Positions 18,756 to 26,697 of a stretch of DNA of 64,000 nucleotides are shown here, in pieces (position 1 is the stretch's first letter; the number at the start of each line of letters is the position of its first letter). The position numbers and the translations under genes were made by a program. The notes under the pieces were generated by a model that saw nothing but the letters and a program-made list of their open reading frames with translations, was not told where the DNA came from and ran no database searches. Source of the DNA: a virus; the IMG/VR virus record IMGVR_UViG_3300025669_000021, positions 1-64,000 of that record. One strand, written 5' to 3'.

Positions 18756-19069
18756 AATTAGTCAGCATTGAGAGTCCGTATGCGGGGAATGTGGAAGAGA
18801 ACGAGAAGTACGCCAGAGAGTGCATGAGGGATAGCCTGTTACGCGGTGAGGCACCATACGCCAGTCATTTGATATACACTCAGCGGGGAATCTTAGACGA
18901 TACCAAGCCGGATGAGCGCAAGCTAGGTATGGAAGCTGGCAAAAAGTGGGAGATCCACGCAGAGCTTACTGCGGTTTATACCGATCTTGGAATATCAGGC
19001 GGCATGGAGTGGGGCGTCGATCAGGCTAGATCCGTAGGGCGGCCAGTTGAGTACAGGAGTATTCGATGA
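18752..19069 (+). CDS. DUF4406/DUF7768-like (nucleoside deoxyribosyltransferase-like fold) protein
   Basis: IESPYAG, PYASHLIY, ERKLG, ISGGM. Confidence 0.7.
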   Translation: MKLVSIESPYAGNVEENEKYARECMRDSLLRGEAPYASHLIYTQRGILDDTKPDERKLGMEAGKKWEIHAELTAVYTDLGISGGMEWGVDQARSVGRPVEYRSIR

Positions 19070-19746
19070 AACCATATTATGAAGCGGCGGGGATTACGAT
19101 TTACCACGGGGACTGTCGGGAAGTATTGCCGACTCTTGACAAGGTTGATCTTGTTTTGACTGATCCGCCGTATGGGATTGGGAAGTCGGGGCAAAAGCGT
19201 TCTAGATGCAAGAACCCAAAACATGACCGCAAGCACTATGACGACTTGGGGTGGGATAAGGAAATACCACCGCTAATGTGTTTCGATTTGATGAGACTAA
19301 AATCAGACCACCAGATTATATGGGGCGGCAATTATTTCGCCCACTATCTGCAGCCTTCCATGGGGTGGCTGTTCTGGGACAAAGGACAAGACCTTAACCA
19401 GGCAGACGGAGAGCTTGCATGGACGAGCTTTGACAAGGCACTACGGCGCAAGGTTCTCAACAGTTCGGCCATTGCCTCCGACGGGGCGGTGCATCCTACA
19501 CAGAAACCCTTGGCAATAATCAAGTGGTCTATTGAATACGCCGAGGGCCACATGAAGTACCCCCTCTCAATCCTCGACCCCTTCATGGGCAGCGGCACAA
19601 CACTCAGAGCCGCCAAGGATCTGAACCGCCAAGCCATAGGCATTGAGCTTGAAGAGAAGTATTGTGAGATAGCGGCCAACCGTTTGAGTCAGGATGTTCT
19701 AGGACTATTCGATTCACCCGCTAGTCCGACATTAAGGAGTAAATGA
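19066..19746 (+). CDS. N4-cytosine/N6-adenine DNA methyltransferase (beta class)
   Basis: LTDPPYG, HPTQKP, LDPFMGSGTT, GIELEEKYC. Confidence 0.93.
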   Translation: MKPYYEAAGITIYHGDCREVLPTLDKVDLVLTDPPYGIGKSGQKRSRCKNPKHDRKHYDDLGWDKEIPPLMCFDLMRLKSDHQIIWGGNYFAHYLQPSMGWLFWDKGQDLNQADGELAWTSFDKALRRKVLNSSAIASDGAVHPTQKPLAIIKWSIEYAEGHMKYPLSILDPFMGSGTTLRAAKDLNRQAIGIELEEKYCEIAANRLSQDVLGLFDSPASPTLRSK

Positions 19747-19997
19747 TGGCAAGCAATAAGCACATAGAACTGGTAGAAGCAGTCAATAATTCCAAGACGA
19801 TTGAGGAGCATAAGAAAGCTAAAATATACTTGCAAGGCTTTCGGGCAGGAGTAAGTAATTGCGACTACTACCTAGACCTGTGTGGATGTGATATGTACTA
19901 CATCGACAAAGGCATAGACCGACCGATGTGCGGCGGAGTGTGGCTAGATTGGAAGCCAAGTGATTCACCCTCCACTACGACAGTAGGAGGTAAATAG
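19743..19997 (+). CDS. Hypothetical cassette protein
   Basis: Flanked by repeats. Confidence 0.65.
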   Translation: MMASNKHIELVEAVNNSKTIEEHKKAKIYLQGFRAGVSNCDYYLDLCGCDMYYIDKGIDRPMCGGVWLDWKPSDSPSTTTVGGK

Positions 19998-20001
19998 ACA
20001 G

Positions 20002-21717
20002 ATGAAAGACAGAATGACCAAAATGCTATTCTTGACCACCCTTTTTGTGGTCCCGTCCGTGTTCTCTTCTCAGACTGGAGACATCGGGCTACTGCCGCAA
20101 CTGATGATGTTGTGTATGTGCAGCCTATTCCTTCTGTTCTTTTTGGACTTGAAGGGGCGTAAGAGGAGCCTATCCGCGGTTCTCCTGATATTCTTGGCCT
20201 TCCTGGCGGTGAACATCATATCCGTCAAGAACGCGATCAACGGCCAGGAGTGGCTGTTCTCTATCGCTCGGCTATCGATACTGGCAACCTTCTTCTTCAT
20301 CACCCACTCTATTGTTACCAGAAGAGCAGGACTTAGGTTTGATATTGCCGGGGCGATTGCTCTGTGTGCCGGGGTCCATGCCATAATAGGCATACTTCAA
20401 TACTACGGAGTCAAGATCCCCTTCATTCCTGTTGCTACTGCCGGCAGTGTCTCGACCATGGCAAACAAGAACCTATTTGCCTCGTTCCTGTTCCTCTGCA
20501 GCCCCTTTGTCCTATACCGGTGCATCGTGGCCTGGAGAAGTAAAATACTGCTCTTTGGTGGAATACTGGTGTTGTGTGGACTGGCTATCTTTGTGTCTCA
20601 GTGCAAAGCCGTATGGCTGGGCATGGCAGTCGGTTCCATTGCCGTGCTGATCACCCTTCTTTTCAACCGTAGATGGAAAGCGGCTACGCTCCTGGCGATG
20701 GTAGGGGTGGTCGGCTTGCTGTGCGTCTTCTTCCTATTCAAGGACATCGTTATCAATCAACTCTCCATCGTCAATTTGCATTGGTCTATCAAGCCTCGGC
20801 TGGCTATTTGGTCACAGACAATAGAACTGATATCGGATCATCCAGTTTTCGGGACCGGATCGGGCAACTGGAAGATAGCCTTTCCTGGTTACGGTTGGGA
20901 TGCTGCAGGAATGACGCATTGCATACGGCCCCACAATGATTTCCTTTGGGTCATGGCAGAGACGGGTATCGTCGGGCTTCTGTTGTACGCCTCTCTATTC
21001 TTGGTGTCCATCCGTCAGGCGGTGAAGCAAGCCAAGGATTGTCTGTTTGGTCGGGAATGTTGGAGCTATTGCCTGATCTATGGCCTTGTAGGGTTCATGG
21101 TTGTGTCTTTCTTCGACTTCCCATACGAGCGGATCCCTCACATGATGTTGTTCATCGTGATTCTAGCGTCTTCAATGTATCCCTTCTCTAACTATGCGGA
21201 TTTCAGTAAGAGGGAACATGAGGGCAAGACCTACTCTATTCCTGGCGCTTCTCTCACGGTAAGCATCATCGGAATGATCATCTGTCTTTGCGGCGGTCTT
21301 CTTATCTCGCGCATGGAGTCTGAGATTGCAGCCATGGATGGTGTTAGACTGTTCCAGCGGGGCAAGTTCGATGAATCAAAGGCGTGTATGCTCAGGGCCC
21401 GTACCCCGTTCTACACTATTGACCCATACACGGCGCCAGTTGATTGGCACCTTGGGAATATTGCTGTGGTAGAGGGTGACAACGAGGCGGCTTTCTACCT
21501 CTACCAGGAGGCGGCTTTCTATCACCCCTCCCATATCCATGTTCTATCTAACCTCGGGGCAATGTACTATCGTTTTGGGTTCCTAGATGCAGCTTTGGAG
21601 ACAACAGAAAGGGCGCTCCAACTCGCACCCGAGTTTGAAGCACCCCTTCTCAACCTGCCAATTATCAAGAAAGCTCTACAGAGCCAAGCCCAGGAAGATC
21701 ATCCCGCCCAGGACTAG
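20002..21717 (+). CDS. O-antigen ligase / O-oligosaccharyltransferase (Wzy_C) family membrane protein with C-terminal TPR
   Basis: ~12 hydrophobic segments, STMANKN, RLAIW...HPVFGTG.GN, PHNDFL...ETGIVG, TPR-like tail (LSNLGAMY...ALQLAP). Confidence 0.85.
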   Translation: MKDRMTKMLFLTTLFVVPSVFSSQTGDIGLLPQLMMLCMCSLFLLFFLDLKGRKRSLSAVLLIFLAFLAVNIISVKNAINGQEWLFSIARLSILATFFFITHSIVTRRAGLRFDIAGAIALCAGVHAIIGILQYYGVKIPFIPVATAGSVSTMANKNLFASFLFLCSPFVLYRCIVAWRSKILLFGGILVLCGLAIFVSQCKAVWLGMAVGSIAVLITLLFNRRWKAATLLAMVGVVGLLCVFFLFKDIVINQLSIVNLHWSIKPRLAIWSQTIELISDHPVFGTGSGNWKIAFPGYGWDAAGMTHCIRPHNDFLWVMAETGIVGLLLYASLFLVSIRQAVKQAKDCLFGRECWSYCLIYGLVGFMVVSFFDFPYERIPHMMLFIVILASSMYPFSNYADFSKREHEGKTYSIPGASLTVSIIGMIICLCGGLLISRMESEIAAMDGVRLFQRGKFDESKACMLRARTPFYTIDPYTAPVDWHLGNIAVVEGDNEAAFYLYQEAAFYHPSHIHVLSNLGAMYYRFGFLDAALETTERALQLAPEFEAPLLNLPIIKKALQSQAQEDHPAQD

Positions 21718-21752
21718 GAAGAAGAGCGCCGTCATTATGGCTTCGGAGGCTT

Positions 21753-21953
21753 TCATGTCTTAGGCGTGAAAGCCTTCTCCCTTTCTTCCGGTGAGAGTCC
21801 GTGCACAAGCTTCTCGTGTAGGACTACCACATCATCCGGTGCCTCTATCCCTACCTTGAAGTTGCCCGTCTTCTTATCGTGCTCAAGAGCCGTTATTGTT
21901 ATATCGGGCCCAATGTATATACGACTGTTTGGATACATCCCTAGAATTAGCAT
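21753..21953 (-). CDS. CsrA/RsmA-like protein (divergent)
   Basis: MLILG....RIYIGPDITITAL...FKVGIEAPDDVVVLHEKL aligns with the CsrA fold; start at 21953. Confidence 0.75.
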   Translation of the reverse strand: MLILGMYPNSRIYIGPDITITALEHDKKTGNFKVGIEAPDDVVVLHEKLVHGLSPEEREKAFTPKT

Positions 21954-21957
21954 AATC

Positions 21958-22323
21958 CTATATCCCTTCTTTGAGTTGACACCACTGTTGAACTGCCAGA
22001 GCGGATATCTTCCAAGTATCGTCATTCTGGTGCACAAGGTATTCCACCACGAACTGATAAGACCAGTCCTCGGCTAGTGTCCTATCCACGCATACAGAGA
22101 GGATTGACAGGGCAAGGTTTTCCGCGTGTTGGAGGTGAGCTCCATCCCCGAAGTCGAGCACTGCACATTCGCTATACTTGGAATTGATTGGCATGAGGGG
22201 GAACCGCTCCCCATCCCTCGGGTTGACTTCCCCTGTCACTACTCCATTCTTTCGACTGATCACAATGACGTCATGTCCATTGCATAGATCTACAAGCCTT
22301 CCGTATGGTGTTGTCGCTGTCAT
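21958..22323 (-). CDS. DUF6166-like protein
   Basis: LALSIL...YQFVVEYL...WKI....VQQW pattern. Confidence 0.5.
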   Translation of the reverse strand: MTATTPYGRLVDLCNGHDVIVISRKNGVVTGEVNPRDGERFPLMPINSKYSECAVLDFGDGAHLQHAENLALSILSVCVDRTLAEDWSYQFVVEYLVHQNDDTWKISALAVQQWCQLKEGI

Positions 22324-22793
22324 CTGTTTTCGTCCTCCTCCTTATCCTGCTCTGCTATCTGTTTGACACATTTGGCGGTATTCGCCGCCGTTATCTTCTG
22401 TTGTCTCTTGATGTTTAGCATCCACTTACCCGCGAATACAGCGTGATCTTTCTGCATCCTCTTGCGGTATCCTGTCCATTCCCCCTTATCATCGAAGATT
22501 ACTGACTCCTCGTCGCGCCCTATCCAGTCGTTGCGATAGGAGGTAGGGTAATACTTCGCGTCCGTCTTCGTGGCGTGAAGAAACACCATGTCAGGATCTC
22601 GCATAGCATCCCCGTTACTCTCCCCGTAGTGGGCAACAGAGATTAACTCCCCGAGCTTGCACAACCCTATCAATTCGACCACTACCGGCATGAATGTCTC
22701 TTCCGTGTTGTCGATCGTTAGGTGCTGACTACCGCACATCATCTCCAGGAGCATATCCATTACCGCGTGGCCTTCCTTGTTCAATGACTTCAT
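22320..22793 (-). CDS. DUF6908-like protein
   Basis: ISVAHYGESNGDAMRDPDMVF...FAGKWMLNIKRQ. Confidence 0.7.
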   Translation of the reverse strand: MKSLNKEGHAVMDMLLEMMCGSQHLTIDNTEETFMPVVVELIGLCKLGELISVAHYGESNGDAMRDPDMVFLHATKTDAKYYPTSYRNDWIGRDEESVIFDDKGEWTGYRKRMQKDHAVFAGKWMLNIKRQQKITAANTAKCVKQIAEQDKEEDENR

Positions 22794-23023
22794 TTGCGGT
22801 GCTTCTCCATTCTCTTGACCACTTCCCGCCGCTGATACGCCGTAAGCTCTGACCGCTTGTCCTGTATCAACTGATACTCTACCGCTATGTCTACGCCCTC
22901 TAGCGGATCTTCCTTCTTCCGTGGCTCTGGCATCCCCGCCGTTGCCATTGGAGGAGGACCAAACAGCTTTGTCATTATCCCTTTGGGGCTAAATGTCGCG
23001 CCCTCTTTCTTCTCTTCAATCAT
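22790..23023 (-). CDS. Hypothetical protein
   Basis: ATGA-coupled in the minus-strand operon. Confidence 0.6.
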   Translation of the reverse strand: MIEEKKEGATFSPKGIMTKLFGPPPMATAGMPEPRKKEDPLEGVDIAVEYQLIQDKRSELTAYQRREVVKRMEKHRK

Positions 23024-23187
23024 TTCTTCCGTCCCTTCTTGTCCTCGTTCATTGCTTTAGTGAGTCTGTTGACCATCACCCAGTTCTGGGAGCGATCCTG
23101 CCTCTTGGCCGCTTCTTCTATCCATGCCGCCAGTTCGGGCGGTAGGTAGATTGATCTGGCCTTTGGTTTGTCTGTCTTATCTGCCAT
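23020..23187 (-). CDS. Arc-like ribbon-helix-helix regulator (not in ORF track)
   Basis: MADKTDKPKARSIYLPPELAAWIEEAAKRQDRSQNWVMVNRL; RBS AAGGA. Confidence 0.7.
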   Translation of the reverse strand: MADKTDKPKARSIYLPPELAAWIEEAAKRQDRSQNWVMVNRLTKAMNEDKKGRKK

Positions 23188-23198
23188 GTGTTCCTTTC

Positions 23199-23411
23199 TT
23201 AGTCTTCTGGTCGTAGGTGCGCGTTGATGAAGTCCACCGCTTCGTTAGATAACTCGTTAAGCCTCTCGTCGCTAGTGGCCTGGATCTCCTTGCCTTGGGT
23301 GTTGTCGTAAAGTTCAATGCCTATATCGTCTACGATTGGAGCAGTGAAGGCGAAAGTCCACTTGCCATCTTTATATTGCAGCCATACCTTTGCCGTAGCT
23401 TCGATGCTCAT
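23199..23411 (-). CDS. Hypothetical protein
   Basis: Operon context. Confidence 0.6.
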   Translation of the reverse strand: MSIEATAKVWLQYKDGKWTFAFTAPIVDDIGIELYDNTQGKEIQATSDERLNELSNEAVDFINAHLRPED

Positions 23412-24310
23412 ACCGTTGCCTCTTTGATTGCTGCCGCCATGATATTGAACAGGTGGAAGTCTTTTCTAACAGTGAACTTCTTGCTACGGCATATAATCGA
23501 CTGGACTTCCTCTAGCGTTGCCAGAAGTGTAGGAGCAGCCGCCCTTTGCGCATCACTGGCATCAGAGCAGCCTTTACACATCCCTACACTGCTCTGATAC
23601 ATCGCCTGTATTCGGAGAGGAGTCTGACACTCGCTGCAATACCCTATTTCCTCGTCAGACTTTGGGTAGTGATTTACTTCATCTATGGAATCACACCAAG
23701 CCTCATACCTCTTTGCAGCCTCAAGAGCTAATGCGCTCTTGGCTCTGTACCGATCTCCCATTTCTCGGTTGGCTCGTCTGTCAGCCTCTTGCATTAGCTC
23801 TCTTCTCTTTGCGATGAATTCCCGCAGAGCAATACGAGAAGCATCCTTCTTTTCTAGGTAGTCACGCTCTGCTTCCTGCTTGGCTGCAAACCTTTTGGCG
23901 TTTGCCTGTGTCCGTTCTAGCCACTTCTCTCCTATCTGCCAGCAATCAAAGGCTAGCTCATAGGTCTGCAACGCAAGCCGCAGGGACGTAGAATATACCT
24001 CACACCATTCATCAGATGATTCGTCAGCTTCATGCCTAGTAGGGTATTCCGATAGCCATTCATCATCATTATTTGAATCTACGCCTAGAATGTATATCCT
24101 TCCTTCTTCTGGAAGAATGACCTCTATCCAGAAATCATCGAGCACCTTGATAGGAACTGTCCCGTGGAATAGATCAAGAGCTACCTCTGAGATCTCCTCC
24201 CTTGGAGTATCGTCTGGAATCTCTATCTGATACTCCCCTGCAACATCCTTGTCATAAATATGCAGTTCGCTTGTCGGTTTATCCGTCTGTAATCTTACTT
24301 TGATCTTCAC
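23408..24310 (-). CDS. Hypothetical mosaic protein
   Basis: 300-aa ORF with CSEC/CKGC and a C-terminal AAAPTLL segment. Confidence 0.65.
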   Translation of the reverse strand: MKIKVRLQTDKPTSELHIYDKDVAGEYQIEIPDDTPREEISEVALDLFHGTVPIKVLDDFWIEVILPEEGRIYILGVDSNNDDEWLSEYPTRHEADESSDEWCEVYSTSLRLALQTYELAFDCWQIGEKWLERTQANAKRFAAKQEAERDYLEKKDASRIALREFIAKRRELMQEADRRANREMGDRYRAKSALALEAAKRYEAWCDSIDEVNHYPKSDEEIGYCSECQTPLRIQAMYQSSVGMCKGCSDASDAQRAAAPTLLATLEEVQSIICRSKKFTVRKDFHLFNIMAAAIKEATV

Positions 24311-24633
24311 GCTGTCACCTTTAGGTTGGGGTGGTTACGTTGTGCCGAGGTAGTGTGCCAGTTGTTCTTGATCGTCTCGCGTGACCAATCGTCACCGTGC
24401 TCAAGTATCTCAGACTCAAACAGGACGAATGGGATGCACCAGTCGCAGTCCTCTTCGAACCATTCGGTAGAGCCGAGCCAGTTGGTTTCCTTTGTCAATA
24501 CCGGTACAAGGTCTTGGTGTGCCTTGTCCAGATGGATGCCGCCGTGTCCTGACGTAGTTACTGATGTGATTCCAGGTGCGAGTTCTTTAACTGTCTGTGC
24601 TGGGCCCCATGGTGTGTGTGATCCTGTCTTCAT
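24307..24633 (-). CDS. DUF7007-like protein
   Basis: TPWGPAQ...APGI..VTTSGHGGIHL...WFEEDCDW. Confidence 0.7.
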   Translation of the reverse strand: MKTGSHTPWGPAQTVKELAPGITSVTTSGHGGIHLDKAHQDLVPVLTKETNWLGSTEWFEEDCDWCIPFVLFESEILEHGDDWSRETIKNNWHTTSAQRNHPNLKVTA

Positions 24634-24715
24634 GCTTTCCCCTTTGTGCTGTACTTGTTTCTGAGATATAGCCCCGCGACTGCGTAGGCTGTGAGTATTG
24701 CTAGAAGTTCCATTG

Positions 24716-24892
24716 TTATGCCCTTCCCTCTAGTTTAAGCATTACTCGGTCATTATCGATCGCTTGCAGGACTGCGGCGAATGCGTCAGACCTTGAACCT
24801 GACCGATCGGCCATTATCACTGTCTGAGGGTTTGTGCTGCCACTGAGCTTGTCCTGCCATTAATTCTCGCTTAATGTGGCTGTGTCTTTCAT
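24716..24892 (-). pseudogene. Small ORF with in-frame TAA at codon 11
   Basis: MKDTATLSEN*WQDKLSGSTNPQTVIMADRSGSRSDAFAAVLQAIDNDRVMLKLEGRA fills the gap between neighbouring genes. Confidence 0.35.
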
Positions 24893-24901
24893 ATCTATCC
24901 C

Positions 24902-25069
24902 CTATGCTGCTCGGAGTGAATCTAGCTTGAGCTCTGCGAGTCTGATGTTCTCGGAATAGACAGGCTTGCCGAGGAGACGGGTGAGCTCTCCGTTCCGTGC
25001 CAGATCCTTCTTGGCTTTTCTGATGATCTTCTGCAACCGTCTGATGTTCCTTAGCTCCTTGATCTTCAT
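24902..25069 (-). CDS. Small basic early protein (not in ORF track)
   Basis: RBS AAGGAG; MKIKELRNIRRLQKIIRKAKKDLARNGELTRLLGKPVYSENIRLAELKLDSLRAA. Confidence 0.6.
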   Translation of the reverse strand: MKIKELRNIRRLQKIIRKAKKDLARNGELTRLLGKPVYSENIRLAELKLDSLRAA

Positions 25070-25111
25070 GCCTCTCCTTGTTTCGTGCTGCTATCGTTGT
25101 TCCATACTGTA

Positions 25112-25139
25112 ACCATACGAGAATCATACACTATTGCAA
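25112..25139 (-). promoter_or_regulatory. sigma70-type promoter of the minus-strand early operon
   Basis: TTGCAA, 16 bp, TATGGT on the minus strand in an AT-rich divergent gap. Confidence 0.45.
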
Positions 25140-25256
25140 ACCAAAGTAAACCACTAAATGCAATAAAGTGAAGAAAGATCTGGAGCGTTGAAAGGGAGTG
25201 TGTAAAATAATACAACATTAGGGGAACAAGGGGCTCAGTGTAGTAGTAGGAGAAGA

Positions 25257-25829
25257 ATGGCAGATCCAAGACCTATCATGCAGATGCAGACGAGCATCAC
25301 ACACAATCTCACTATCCCAGGCCTTCGTACTTGGCTCCGAAGATCACTCGACGCTATCCAGGATCAACTCCCAGACACCGGCAGACCCCAGAGCTTCACA
25401 CAAGATGTCTACCTCGTAGTATCCTCCCCCGCGAATCCAGACCCTACCGCTGACATCCCCCAACGCTCCGAACTGCCCCACGGCAGAATGGTCGAGTTGA
25501 TCTCAGAGATGCCCAACAGCAAGACACCGCTATCTGGCGTAGAGGCTGATTTCGCCCTCCAAGCCCATGGTCAAGGATGGACTGTATCCAAGAAGGGTTG
25601 GCCTGACTTCTTCCTTACTCGCCCCATATCCGAATCAGAAGAGCCACGCTGCGAAATAGCCTGTGTCGAGCTCATGCCTCGCAGAACACGCCGACTACGC
25701 AAGCACCAGAGAGCCGTAATGCTTGCCCTAGCCTCTTATGGTGTTCCCTGCTACCGCTGGGCCCCATCGTCCGGTTACGACCGTATAGGCCTAATACAGC
25801 CCCAAACCGAGGAAATACCCGCAAAATGA
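25257..25829 (+). CDS. VRR-NUC-like nuclease-fold protein
   Basis: KKGWPDFF...CVELM...LRKHQ; E-x-K lysine replaced by Met. Confidence 0.55.
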   Translation: MADPRPIMQMQTSITHNLTIPGLRTWLRRSLDAIQDQLPDTGRPQSFTQDVYLVVSSPANPDPTADIPQRSELPHGRMVELISEMPNSKTPLSGVEADFALQAHGQGWTVSKKGWPDFFLTRPISESEEPRCEIACVELMPRRTRRLRKHQRAVMLALASYGVPCYRWAPSSGYDRIGLIQPQTEEIPAK

Positions 25830-26326
25830 GCAGAAACCCAGCAATAGAGCCCGTTGGCCCGTCAATGGTCATCTCCGGTGACAACTCCGGTCCTGTCTGG
25901 CCTCTTGGTAGGCCTGTCTCTTGGGTATCGTCGGGTGGTATCGGGAAAGCTGCAAGATCGGAAAAGGTAGAGCATGGCATACTCCTCGCAATAGACAAAG
26001 ATGCTGACTTCTATTTAGAGCGGCCAGACGGATCTGTTGCGCTTGTCGGTTGTACTTCCTGCCGATTCACGGACAGCGACCAGCCGCCCTCGGTAGAGAA
26101 TGGACAAGGTTGCCACAACTGTCTGGCCTCAAAATGCCCCAAGACCACATACTCCGAAGTCTGCGACAAATGGGAGCCAGAGCCCGAAGCCTCCAGCCGA
26201 CAATGTGATGAGTGCTGGAAGGACGGTAAGCGCGTCTGCCCTCATAAAGATCCGACCCACGCCACAGACGAGAACGACAACACAGAGGCGTACAACTGCA
26301 CCGATTTCGGGGAGTGCCCATTCTAA
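25826..26326 (+). CDS. Cys-rich hypothetical protein
   Basis: ATGA overlap, several CxxC motifs. Confidence 0.55.
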   Translation: MSRNPAIEPVGPSMVISGDNSGPVWPLGRPVSWVSSGGIGKAARSEKVEHGILLAIDKDADFYLERPDGSVALVGCTSCRFTDSDQPPSVENGQGCHNCLASKCPKTTYSEVCDKWEPEPEASSRQCDECWKDGKRVCPHKDPTHATDENDNTEAYNCTDFGECPF

Positions 26327-26697
26327 TGCAAGACCACGAAACAAGGAAACGGCTGCGAGCCATCCGAGACGAGTTGACTTCCATCCGCTTTGCCGTGTGG
26401 GTTGTCGCTGTCTACGCCATATCTGAGATCATGGCTATCGTGTTCCCTGCTATAGCACAAGGGCTCTTTCACCTAGTCAACTTCGTGGTGCCTCTATGAC
26501 ATATCCCCCAGAATCCACCAGTCTACCCCTGTACAATCACAAGCGCCTTCTCATTCAAACCCCGTGTAGGCCCTCTCAGGACGTTTACGCTAATAAAACA
26601 AGCACAGTTACAACCAACTGCAGCAAATAATGCAACATCAGGGGAATATAGGGGCTCCGGGGTATATCACTAAGAGAATAGGGAGATATTAGGATTC

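Larger units (their letters stand above)
16452..20001 (+). repeat. Ten dispersed ~35-nt gene-junction repeats
   Basis: (C/A)CGACA cores at 16468, 16722, 17073, 17269, 17538, 17708, 18458, 18723, 19726, 19977; GATTCACCCGCTAGTCCGACA identical at 18443, 18708, 19711; CCGACAGATAAGGGGGTGAAT identical at 16468, 16722. Confidence 0.92.

Noticed and set aside
16452-20001. CRISPR array (repeats plus a nearby Cas4-like gene)
   Set aside because: Intervals are roughly 170-1000 bp whole genes, repeats are degenerate, and there is no cas1/cas2; solo Cas4-like nucleases are common in phages
16452-20001. Classical integron attC sites
   Set aside because: Too short, no RYYYAAC/GTTRRRY ends, no tyrosine recombinase in the window
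25796-25810. CAGCCCCAAACCGA resembling repeat copy 6
   Set aside because: No CGACA core or 3' arm; probably chance
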